Assembly: GCF_040365225.1 (NCBI RefSeq)
Contig: NZ_AP028055.1
Coordinates: forward strand, 1,059,074-1,099,073
Length of the DNA stretch: 40,000 bases
Source of the DNA: Bacteroides sedimenti
GTDB lineage: Bacteria; Bacteroidota; Bacteroidia; Bacteroidales; Bacteroidaceae
Direction: 5' to 3'
In this document: positions 9,081 to 17,068 of the stretch, one piece after another
Layout of the letters: each line of letters opens with the position of its first letter
Numbering within the stretch: the first letter of the stretch is position 1
The notes under the pieces: generated by a model
Databases searched by the model: none
What the model saw: the letters and a program-made list of their open reading frames with translations, nothing else
Told to the model about the DNA's origin: nothing
Translations under genes and position numbers: made by a program

Positions 9081-9755
9081 ATGAAACTAAAAATATCAAA
9101 AGGACAAATTTCAGTTATTATTGTACTTTCTGTTCTGGTTATTGACCAGATTATAAAAATCCTGGTAAAAACAGGGATGTATTTACACGAAAGTATACGG
9201 GTTTGCGGAAATTGGTTCTATATTTATTTTACAGAAAATAATGGGATGGCTTTCGGAATGGAATTATTCGGAAAGCTATTCCTCACATCTTTTCGGATTA
9301 TTGCGGTAACTTTGATTGGCTACTACATCGTCAAAGTGGTTAAGAAAAACTATAAGACAGGTTATATCGTGTGCCTCTCCATGATTCTGGCAGGAGCATT
9401 GGGAAATATTATCGATAGCGTGTTTTATGGAGTTTTTTTCAGCGCAAGCGTTCCTGAGCTGTATGTAAATTCTTCCCTGGCAACCTTCCTGCCTGATGGA
9501 GGTGGTTATTCATCTTTATTACATGGCAAGGTGGTTGATATGTTTTATTTTCCTATCATAGATACAACATGGCCTTCTTGGGTTCCGTTTGTAGGTGGAA
9601 ATCACTTCATTTTCTTTAGTCCGATTTTTAATTTCGCTGATGCTTCCATTAGCTGTGGTATTATTGCACTTCTGATATTCTATAATAAATATCTGAATGA
9701 AGGGCATTCCACAAAGAAAGAAGCAATAAAAAATGATGAGCAGCAAACTAAATAA
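9081..9755 (+). CDS. lspA: Lipoprotein signal peptidase II
   Basis: 224 aa and multi-TM. Conserved NNGMAFG and IFNFADASI motifs are present. The start codon immediately follows the upstream stop. Confidence 0.92.
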   Translation: MKLKISKGQISVIIVLSVLVIDQIIKILVKTGMYLHESIRVCGNWFYIYFTENNGMAFGMELFGKLFLTSFRIIAVTLIGYYIVKVVKKNYKTGYIVCLSMILAGALGNIIDSVFYGVFFSASVPELYVNSSLATFLPDGGGYSSLLHGKVVDMFYFPIIDTTWPSWVPFVGGNHFIFFSPIFNFADASISCGIIALLIFYNKYLNEGHSTKKEAIKNDEQQTK

Positions 9756-10749
9756 GCTTTTTATCGGGTTTGTAATTGCTTCCTGCTGCGGTTTTTCGGC
9801 ATGTAAGAAGAAGATGCCCGGCGACGTTCTTTCTAAAGGAGAAATGGAAGATGTTCTTGTAGATTATCATCTTGCAAGAGCAATGGCTGAAAATCTTCCT
9901 TCGGAAGAACGTTATAAACAAATTCTCTATATAAATGCTGTATATGATAAATATGGCATAACAGAAAAAGACTTTAACTCTTCACTGGAGTGGTATTCAC
10001 GCCATACTGAAGACATGGTTAAGATCTATGAGAAGGTAGATAAGAGACTGCTTGCTCAGAAAGAGAAAAATAAAGTGCTTCTGGCATCAAGTGGTACTGA
10101 AGAACAAAAACAATCAGCAACCGGTGACACTGTAAATATCTGGAATAAACAGAAATATTACAAACTAACAGAGTCTTCCACATCAAACAAATTCTATTTT
10201 TCAATCTATCCTGATAATAATTTCAAGGAGCGTGATATCTTTATCTGGAGCATCCGCTGCTCGTTTGCCACAGCTAAAAAACATCCGCAGGATGCCGTAA
10301 TGGCAATGGTTATTAAATACGATAATGATTCTGTAATTACTCAGACTCGTAATATCGGAAATAATGGAATGTACATTATACGTATACAAAACGATTCGCC
10401 TTCAAACATTCGTGAGATTAAGGGATTTGTCTATTATAACCACCTCGGAAGTTATCCCCAGGATGCATTGATTGTCGATAAAATTTCGCTCACGAGATAT
10501 CATGTAAAAGGTGCCCCGGCACCCGTACAAACACCTGCTACACCACCGGCGCAAAATACAATAATACCTGATACTGCCAGGCCAGCAACTCCGACTAATC
10601 AAACCGTACAACCTGAGGTAAAGCCGGCCGGTACTGATACGATTAAAAAGGTTCCTGTTAATTCGGCAGTTCCGCGACGTAGAACAATAAATAAAACTAA
10701 TAGCGGCAATCAGAATAACAATCAGATTTCACCCGAAAGATCCAGATAA
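9733..10749 (+). CDS. DUF4296-like lipoprotein with Pro/Thr/Asn-rich C-terminal tail
   Basis: 338 aa. It has a lipoprotein signal with lipobox (FVIASCCGFSAC). It overlaps the lspA 3' end by 23 nt. The C-terminal ~90 aa are low complexity (APAPVQTPATPPAQ...). The DUF4296 assignment comes from recall of the family and its position after lspA. Confidence 0.65.
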   Translation: MMSSKLNKLFIGFVIASCCGFSACKKKMPGDVLSKGEMEDVLVDYHLARAMAENLPSEERYKQILYINAVYDKYGITEKDFNSSLEWYSRHTEDMVKIYEKVDKRLLAQKEKNKVLLASSGTEEQKQSATGDTVNIWNKQKYYKLTESSTSNKFYFSIYPDNNFKERDIFIWSIRCSFATAKKHPQDAVMAMVIKYDNDSVITQTRNIGNNGMYIIRIQNDSPSNIREIKGFVYYNHLGSYPQDALIVDKISLTRYHVKGAPAPVQTPATPPAQNTIIPDTARPATPTNQTVQPEVKPAGTDTIKKVPVNSAVPRRRTINKTNSGNQNNNQISPERSR

Positions 10750-11093
10750 TGAAACGCATTGCTTCGCATTATCTGTATCTTTCGCCTGACATGTTCTATA
10801 AAAGACAGGTTGTAGAGATTGATCAAGAAAGTTTTGTGCGCTATTTCCCTTTAGAAGAAGAAATAGAGTCCGTTTTATGGATGCCCGGCATTTTGTTTCT
10901 TTCTTCCCGCCCAATTGATTTTAATAAAATAAGAGAAGCTTTTAAAGGCTCAGTAGGAGAGAATCTTTCTGTTTTTTTAAAAAGATACAGTGCACCTGTA
11001 AATAGAGGAGATGTAGTTTCTGTTTTTCTTATCACCTCAGTCGACTTATCTTCCTTTACCATTCTACCGGGAAGTGACATTAAAAAGCTATAA
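10749..11093 (+). CDS. Hypothetical protein (114 aa), translationally coupled to the upstream gene
   Basis: The ATG shares one base with the upstream TAA (TAATG at 10747-10751). Composition is coding-like. I recognise no motif. Confidence 0.55.
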   Translation: MKRIASHYLYLSPDMFYKRQVVEIDQESFVRYFPLEEEIESVLWMPGILFLSSRPIDFNKIREAFKGSVGENLSVFLKRYSAPVNRGDVVSVFLITSVDLSSFTILPGSDIKKL

Positions 11094-11211
11094 TATTTTG
11101 TACATTATCTATAGCCGAAGCCGACTTTGTTGAAAGTATCCCTGGAATCTTTTCAAAATGGAGTAAAATCAATTGTTTATGAAAATTATAAATTGCAATT
11201 TCAATAAATAA

Positions 11212-11254
11212 AATAGCCATCTTCAATCTGTCTTATGAATTGAAGATGGCTATT
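11212..11254. terminator. Bidirectional hairpin between convergent genes
   Basis: Perfect 16-bp inverted repeat AATAGCCATCTTCAAT (11212-11227) / ATTGAAGATGGCTATT (11239-11254) with an 11-nt loop. A-rich and T-rich flanks surround it. Confidence 0.65.
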
Positions 11255-11408
11255 AAAAAGCTGTAATGATTAATATATATCAGTCTTTGAATCCCGCTTT
11301 ATAGTTCTGAGCTTCTAAATAGCCTTAGGCAGTTATTTACAATGTAAAACAAACTATGTTGGCTATTTTGTTACTACCCATAAAAGTCGGGAACAAATTT
11401 GAAATCGA

Positions 11409-12638
11409 TTACTTTTTGTCTTTTCGATTTCTGGAGAAATTTCTTTTTCCTTTGAACTTTCCGCCACCACCTTTGCTATGAGTGCGTGGATTATATACCG
11501 GAGCTTCTCCTAATTCCGAAGGAATTGGAATTTTATAGATGGTTTTATCCAGGAAATTCTCAATTGATTTGAATGCTCCTTGCTCTTTTTCGCTCACGAA
11601 AGTCAGGGCAACACCGTCATTGTTGGCGCGAGCTGTTCGTCCTATTCTGTGCACATAGTCTTCACTGTCGTTTGGCACATCGTAATTGATAACTAATCTG
11701 ATATCGTCAATGTCAATACCACGTGAAACAATATCAGTAGCTACCAGGATATTGATTCGTCCGTTTTTGAATTCACGCATAATGTGGTCTCGCTGAGCTT
11801 GTTCCAGGTCAGAATGCATTTCGCCTACATTCAACTTTAATAATTTAAGCGATTTTGTAACCTCTTTTACTTTAAGCTTTGAAGACGCAAATATGATAAC
11901 TTTTTCGGGAACCTCTTCCGAAAAGAGGGATTGAATTATATTAAGTTTCTGATTCTCGTAGCAAACATAAGCTGCCTGAACGATTTTATCTGCTGGTTTT
12001 GATACGGCAAGCTTTATTTCAGCCGGGTTATTTAAAATTGTATTAGCCAGTTTCTGAATGTTTGCAGGCATGGTAGCTGAAAACATAATGGTTTGTCTCT
12101 CCTTTGGCAGAAGGTTTACCACTTGCATGATATCGTCATAGAATCCCATATCCAACATTCTGTCGGCTTCATCGAGTACAAAATAAGAAACACGTGATAA
12201 ATCGACATACCCTAAACTTATATGACTTAAAAGACGACCCGGCGTTGCTATTACTACATCGGCCCCCAAAGTAAGACCTTTTTTTTGTTGTTCGAAAAGT
12301 ACTCCGTCATTTCCACCAAATACGGCTACACTCGAGACCGGCATGAAGTAGGAGAATCCTTCCATCTGCTGATCAATTTGCTGAGCCAGCTCACGGGTTG
12401 GAGACATGATAATACAATTGATGGCATCTTCCGGATGCTTTTCACGGCAAAGCTTATTGATGATAGGGAGAAGGAAAGCTGCCGTTTTGCCTGTTCCGGT
12501 CTGTGCCACGGCTATCAAATCTCTTCCTTCAAGTATAACGGGTATAGCCGCTTCCTGCACCGGAGTACATTCATCAAAATTCATGGCATCAAGTGCCTGA
12601 AGTACTGTATCATCTAATTTTAGCTCAGAAAATTTCAT
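11409..12638 (-). CDS. DEAD-box ATP-dependent RNA helicase
   Basis: 409 aa. Motifs present: Q-motif region, AQTGTGKT (motif I), VLDEADRMLDMGF (DEAD), SAT, HRIGRTAR (motif VI). It ends in a basic Gly/Lys/Arg tail. Confidence 0.93.
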   Translation of the reverse strand: MKFSELKLDDTVLQALDAMNFDECTPVQEAAIPVILEGRDLIAVAQTGTGKTAAFLLPIINKLCREKHPEDAINCIIMSPTRELAQQIDQQMEGFSYFMPVSSVAVFGGNDGVLFEQQKKGLTLGADVVIATPGRLLSHISLGYVDLSRVSYFVLDEADRMLDMGFYDDIMQVVNLLPKERQTIMFSATMPANIQKLANTILNNPAEIKLAVSKPADKIVQAAYVCYENQKLNIIQSLFSEEVPEKVIIFASSKLKVKEVTKSLKLLKLNVGEMHSDLEQAQRDHIMREFKNGRINILVATDIVSRGIDIDDIRLVINYDVPNDSEDYVHRIGRTARANNDGVALTFVSEKEQGAFKSIENFLDKTIYKIPIPSELGEAPVYNPRTHSKGGGGKFKGKRNFSRNRKDKK

Positions 12639-12657
12639 TCGTCATATTATTTATCTA

Positions 12658-12665
12658 CAAAGATA
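12658..12665 (-). promoter_or_regulatory. Bacteroides-type -7 box (TATCTTTG on minus strand) for the helicase gene
   Basis: Matches TAnnTTTG, 19 nt upstream of the ATG at 12638. Confidence 0.5.
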
Positions 12666-12724
12666 GAAAAAAGTTTGTTTGATGAAGCACAGTTTCCGAA
12701 TTTCTGATTCTCCACTTTGGATTA

Positions 12725-13960
12725 TTAAAGCCTACCTTGCTCATCAAGGTAGGAGTCTTTGAACCCAAGGAAATAAAGAACCCCATCCAATCCGATTGTA
12801 TTTATTGATTGCTTAGCCGTTTGTTTCACTTTTGGTTTTGCATGATAAGCAATACCCAAACCGGCAATCCCTAACATAGGCAGGTCGTTTGCTCCATCGC
12901 CTACGGCAATGGTCTGTGCTATATCCACATTCTCAACCTGTGCAATTAAACGAAGTAACTCTGCTTTTCGCTTTCCGTCTACTATATCTCCCACATAGTT
13001 GCCGGTTAGTTTGCCGTCGACAATTTCAAGCTCATTTGCATAAACGTAATCAATACCGTATTTTTGCTTGAGATAATTTCCAAAGTAAGTGAAACCACCC
13101 GAAAGAATAGCTATTTTATATCCGTACCGTTTCAATACGACCATTAATCTATCAACCCCTTCTGTAATCGGAAGATTCTCAGCAATCTCTTTCATAACAG
13201 AAACATCCAGACCTTTTAATAGTGCTACACGTTTACGAAAGCTCTCAATAAAGTCTATTTCACCTCGCATGGCACTTTCTGTAATAGCTTTTACCTCATC
13301 ACCAACTCCGGCTCTGACGGCCAATTCATCAATAACTTCAGTCTCTATCAATGTAGAGTCCATATCGAAGCAGATTAGACGGCGCATTCTACGATACATA
13401 TTATCAAGTTGGAATGAATAATCCATATTCAGTTCGCCTGAAAGTTTCAGTAACTGTGCCTGCATCTCTTCTTTATTTTTAGGATTTCCACGTACGGAAA
13501 GCTCAATACACGAACGAATGTTTGCCTTCTTCTCATCAAGCGGTATTCGTCCGGTTAATCTCTTTATAGCATCAATATTTAGTCCTTGGTCAGCAACGAT
13601 ACGTGTTACGGCTGATATTTGTGTTGCTGTGAGTTTCCTCCCCAGAAGAGTAAGAATGTACCTGTTTTTCCCCTGCATACCAACCCAATCTTCATACTCT
13701 TCTACAGAGATAGGATAAAAACGGATAGTAATGCCAAGAGAGGATGCTTTAAATAGGAGTTCCTTCATAATACTACCAGAATGTTGTTCCTTAGTCTTGA
13801 AAAGTATCCCTAAAGAGAGGGTATTGTGAATATCTGCTTGACCAATATCTAGAATGGTTACATCATATTTCGATAGAATCTCTGTAACAGAAGCGGTCAG
13901 ACCTGGTCGATCCTCCCCGGTAATGCGAATAAGGATTAGTTCTGTTGCTGATTTAGTCAT
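12725..13960 (-). CDS. serB: Phosphoserine phosphatase SerB with N-terminal ACT-like domains
   Basis: The HAD motif FDMDSTLI is present, along with GDGANDLPM. The N-terminal ~190 aa are ACT-like. The ORF-track start at 13984 is a TTG that overlaps the predicted -7 box. I use the first ATG at 13960 (MTKSATELILIRITGEDRPG). Confidence 0.88.
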   Translation of the reverse strand: MTKSATELILIRITGEDRPGLTASVTEILSKYDVTILDIGQADIHNTLSLGILFKTKEQHSGSIMKELLFKASSLGITIRFYPISVEEYEDWVGMQGKNRYILTLLGRKLTATQISAVTRIVADQGLNIDAIKRLTGRIPLDEKKANIRSCIELSVRGNPKNKEEMQAQLLKLSGELNMDYSFQLDNMYRRMRRLICFDMDSTLIETEVIDELAVRAGVGDEVKAITESAMRGEIDFIESFRKRVALLKGLDVSVMKEIAENLPITEGVDRLMVVLKRYGYKIAILSGGFTYFGNYLKQKYGIDYVYANELEIVDGKLTGNYVGDIVDGKRKAELLRLIAQVENVDIAQTIAVGDGANDLPMLGIAGLGIAYHAKPKVKQTAKQSINTIGLDGVLYFLGFKDSYLDEQGRL

Positions 13961-13981
13961 ATTTCCTGTTTGTTTTTGCTG

Positions 13982-13989
13982 CAAAAGTA
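13982..13989 (-). promoter_or_regulatory. Bacteroides-type -7 box (TACTTTTG on minus strand) for serB
   Basis: Matches TAnnTTTG, 21 nt upstream of the ATG at 13960. Confidence 0.45.
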
Positions 13990-14075
13990 GTCAATTTTTG
14001 TAGGTTTTATCATAAAAAATCTGAAAATTAGTGCTTTAATTACTCGTTGATTTGGATATTTGAATAACATTTGTA

Positions 14076-14083
14076 TATCTTTG
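14076..14083 (+). promoter_or_regulatory. Bacteroides-type -7 box (TATCTTTG) for the thioredoxin-fold gene
   Basis: Matches TAnnTTTG, 133 nt upstream of the ATG at 14217. This implies a long leader. Confidence 0.4.
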
Positions 14084-14216
14084 CGTTAAGTCTCTAAAAT
14101 TAATGTTTTGATTATCAATTGATTTAGGTGAAATCAAGTGACAAAACAAGATAATGTTCCGGGTAGAAACTACTGTTGAGTGCAGTCCCGGATAGTATTA
14201 ACTAAAACCGAATTAC

Positions 14217-14711
14217 ATGAGGTATGTAAAATGGCTTTTTGTTGTATTATTAATCACTTCCTTAACTTCTTTTGTTGGAAAAGACAAACCCACTGGCGGT
14301 TTGAACATTGGAGATGTAGCTCCTGCTATTAAATTCAGGACTACTCTCAACAATCAGCTACTTAACTTGAAAGACCTGAAAAAAAAGTATGTACTTGTAA
14401 ACTTCTGGGCTACTTATGACGCAAAATCGCGCATGACAAATGTTAGCCTGAATAATGCAATCAGGAAAACTTTCAATAAAGTAAATTTTGTTTCGATATC
14501 GTTTGATGAATATCAGTCGATTTTTAAAGAAACAGTGCGAAAAGATCGGATAGTTGCCCCTATCTGCTATGCAGAAACAAAAGGTGAGTCTTCAAGATTG
14601 TACAAAGAATACAGTTTAGATCGAGGATTCGGTAACTATTTATTAGATGAAAATGGTGTAATCATTGCCAAAGACATCTCTGCGTCTCAACTCCCTTCTT
14701 TCATAAATTAA
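14217..14711 (+). CDS. Secreted TlpA/ResA-like thioredoxin-fold protein lacking the CxxC active site
   Basis: 164 aa with an N-terminal signal peptide. YVLVNFWATYDAKSR aligns without gaps to the canonical VLVNFWASWCGPCR. Both Cys are replaced (Asp68, Ser71). Confidence 0.7.
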   Translation: MRYVKWLFVVLLITSLTSFVGKDKPTGGLNIGDVAPAIKFRTTLNNQLLNLKDLKKKYVLVNFWATYDAKSRMTNVSLNNAIRKTFNKVNFVSISFDEYQSIFKETVRKDRIVAPICYAETKGESSRLYKEYSLDRGFGNYLLDENGVIIAKDISASQLPSFIN

Positions 14712-14754
14712 GAGAGTTGTTTTTTTAAGAGGAAAGAAATACAACAAAAAAACT

Positions 14755-14795
14755 GAAGTTCCACAATACTTGTCAGTCAAGTACCGTGGAACTTC
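14755..14795. terminator. Hairpin between convergent genes
   Basis: 10-bp inverted repeat GAAGTTCCAC (14755-14764) / GTGGAACTTC (14786-14795) with an inner ACTTG/CAAGT stem, followed by TTTCATTTT. Confidence 0.55.
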
Positions 14796-14832
14796 TTTCA
14801 TTTTAGACTCTTATCTTGATTACCTGCTAAAT

Positions 14833-15927
14833 TTATTTGGGAGCATTTCTATAAAGGACGATGGCAATTATTGTAAATACAATATTAGGAATCCATACAG
14901 CAACAATAGGAGGCACATTCCCATTGACTGCAAATGTGGAAGATACAGTCTGGAACATGATATAAGAGAAGCTTAAAGCTAATCCTAATCCTAAATGTAA
15001 TCCCATACCACCTTTAATTCTTCGCGAAGAAAGCGCAACCCCGATTGTGGTTAGAATGAACGAAGCAAAAGACATAGCTATTCGCCGTTCATATTCTATC
15101 TCAAAGACCTTAATATTGGCAAATCCCCTTTGTTTTTGCTTATCAATATATTCCTTTAATTTAGGACTCGTCATCGTTTCTTGCTGATTCTTCATAATCA
15201 GGAAGTCGGATGGCTCCATCATAATTGTGGTATCTTTCTGTGTGCCGGTATAAAGCTTCTCCCTTAATCCATGCAGTTCTCTTATCATATAGTCATGAAT
15301 AGTCCATTTATTGACTGAAGTAGAATCATAGGTGATGGATTGAGCTGTAAGATGTGATACCAATTTCTTTTTATCGAATTTATCCAAAGAAAAACGATAT
15401 CCGGTTTTATTGAAATCCTGATAACGCTCAATATAAGCGATAACACCGCTATCAACTTCTAATTGCACATTTCGGACATAATCCTGCTTCTTCTTCTTGA
15501 TATATTTATCTTCGAAATTAAGCTTTACAATGTTGCCTTTAGGGATTATATAAGAGCCCAGGCCATAGGTCATTATCGATATAATTGCTGCAGAAACCAT
15601 GTAGGGTCGCAACATTCGTTTAAAACTCATTCCCCCAGCAAACATAGCAATGATTTCAGAATTTTCTGCCAGTTTGGAAGTAAAGAAGATTACAGCAATA
15701 AAGACAAAGAGCGGGCTGAATAGATTGGCAAAGTAGGGGATAAAGTTCATATAATATTCGAAAACAATAGCTTTTAATGGTGCTTCATTTTCCATGAACT
15801 TATCCATCTTCTCGTTGATATCAAACACTACGGCAATAGAAATGATAAGACCTATTGCAAAGACATAAGTCCCCAGGAATTTCCTGATAATATACCAATC
15901 TAACCTTTTTAGAATCTTATTACTCAT
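14833..15927 (-). CDS. LptF/LptG-family (YjgP/YjgQ) LPS export permease
   Basis: Six-TM pattern with a central periplasmic domain. The ORF-track start at 15963 is a TTG inside the tgt 3' end. I use the first ATG at 15927 (MSNKILKRLDWYIIRKF), 10 nt after the tgt stop. Confidence 0.85.
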   Translation of the reverse strand: MSNKILKRLDWYIIRKFLGTYVFAIGLIISIAVVFDINEKMDKFMENEAPLKAIVFEYYMNFIPYFANLFSPLFVFIAVIFFTSKLAENSEIIAMFAGGMSFKRMLRPYMVSAAIISIMTYGLGSYIIPKGNIVKLNFEDKYIKKKKQDYVRNVQLEVDSGVIAYIERYQDFNKTGYRFSLDKFDKKKLVSHLTAQSITYDSTSVNKWTIHDYMIRELHGLREKLYTGTQKDTTIMMEPSDFLIMKNQQETMTSPKLKEYIDKQKQRGFANIKVFEIEYERRIAMSFASFILTTIGVALSSRRIKGGMGLHLGLGLALSFSYIMFQTVSSTFAVNGNVPPIVAVWIPNIVFTIIAIVLYRNAPK

Positions 15928-15937
15928 CCTGTCTTTA

Positions 15938-17068
15938 TTATAATCTTGTCGAAACCCGATCAACCATCATTGGTTTCCAGGTTGAAAAGTCACCTGCTAT
16001 TATGTGCTTTCGTGCTTCACCCACAAGCCATAAATAAAATGCTAGGTTATGTATAGAGGCTATTTGTAGTGCCAACAATTCTTTTGAATGGAAAAGATGT
16101 CGTAAATAAGCTTTTGAATAGAGGATATCAACATATGAGGCACCATTAGCTTCAATAGGAGAGAAGTCTTTTTCCCATTTCTTATTGCGCATATTAATGA
16201 TTCCGTCTTTAGTAAACAGCATCCCGTTTCTACCGTTACGCGTTGGCATTACACAATCAAACATATCCACGCCTCGTTCTATTCCTTCCAAGATGTTTAC
16301 CGGTGTTCCAACACCCATCAAATAACGTGGCTTGTCTTTAGGGAGAATTTCATTAACCAGCTCTACCATCTCATACATTTTTTCTACTGGTTCACCTACT
16401 GCAAGTCCTCCAATTGCATTTCCATCACATTCTTTAGAAGCCACGAATTCTGCAGATTGTCTGCGTAGATCAGGATAAACGCATCCCTGAACAATCGGGA
16501 ACAGAGACTGACTGTAGCCATATTTGGGTTCAGTTGAATTAAAACGCTTAATGCAACGATCCAGCCAGCGATGAGTAAGCCCAAGAGACTTTTTGGCATA
16601 AGCATAATCAGAATCCCCCGGAGGACATTCATCAAATGCCATCATGATATCTGCCCCGATAGAACGTTCTATATCCATTACCTTCTCTGGGGTAAAAACA
16701 TGTTTGCTTCCGTCAATATGAGAACGGAATTCAGCACCTTCTTCTCGTAATTTTCTGATTCCAGATAGAGAAAAGACCTGAAAACCTCCACTATCGGTAA
16801 GAATTGGTTTATCGAAACTGTTGAATTTGTGCAGTCCACCCGCCTTTTCGAGTACATCAAGTCCGGGACGTAAATAAAGATGATACGTATTTCCCAGAAT
16901 TATTTGTGCTTTAATATCTTGCAACAATTCTGTTTGATGCACCGCCTTCACGGAACCAGCTGTTCCTACCGGCATAAAAATCGGAGTCTCTATCTGCCCG
17001 TGATCAGTTGTAATTAACCCTGCCCGCGCATTGGTTTTAGAATCCGTATATTGTAATTCAAATTTCAT
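15938..17068 (-). CDS. tgt: Queuine/preQ1 tRNA-ribosyltransferase (tRNA-guanine transglycosylase)
   Basis: 376 aa. Motifs LTDSGGFQ and GVDMFDCVMPTRNGRNG are present. The start overlaps the lon stop (ATGA). Confidence 0.95.
   Translation of the reverse strand: MKFELQYTDSKTNARAGLITTDHGQIETPIFMPVGTAGSVKAVHQTELLQDIKAQIILGNTYHLYLRPGLDVLEKAGGLHKFNSFDKPILTDSGGFQVFSLSGIRKLREEGAEFRSHIDGSKHVFTPEKVMDIERSIGADIMMAFDECPPGDSDYAYAKKSLGLTHRWLDRCIKRFNSTEPKYGYSQSLFPIVQGCVYPDLRRQSAEFVASKECDGNAIGGLAVGEPVEKMYEMVELVNEILPKDKPRYLMGVGTPVNILEGIERGVDMFDCVMPTRNGRNGMLFTKDGIINMRNKKWEKDFSPIEANGASYVDILYSKAYLRHLFHSKELLALQIASIHNLAFYLWLVGEARKHIIAGDFSTWKPMMVDRVSTRL

Noticed and set aside
14770-14976. 68-aa plus-strand ORF after the thioredoxin-fold gene
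   Set aside because: It starts inside the terminator hairpin and runs antisense into the 3' end of the lptF/G-family gene.
3553-16144. A common theme of lost cysteines or metal sites in four proteins (nitrilase-like Ser374, DksA-like finger, thioredoxin-fold DAKS, Tgt zinc site) as one coordinated phenomenon
   Set aside because: The four genes are unlinked and functionally unrelated. The pattern may reflect lineage-wide sequence divergence or my selective attention. Each case is reported separately instead.
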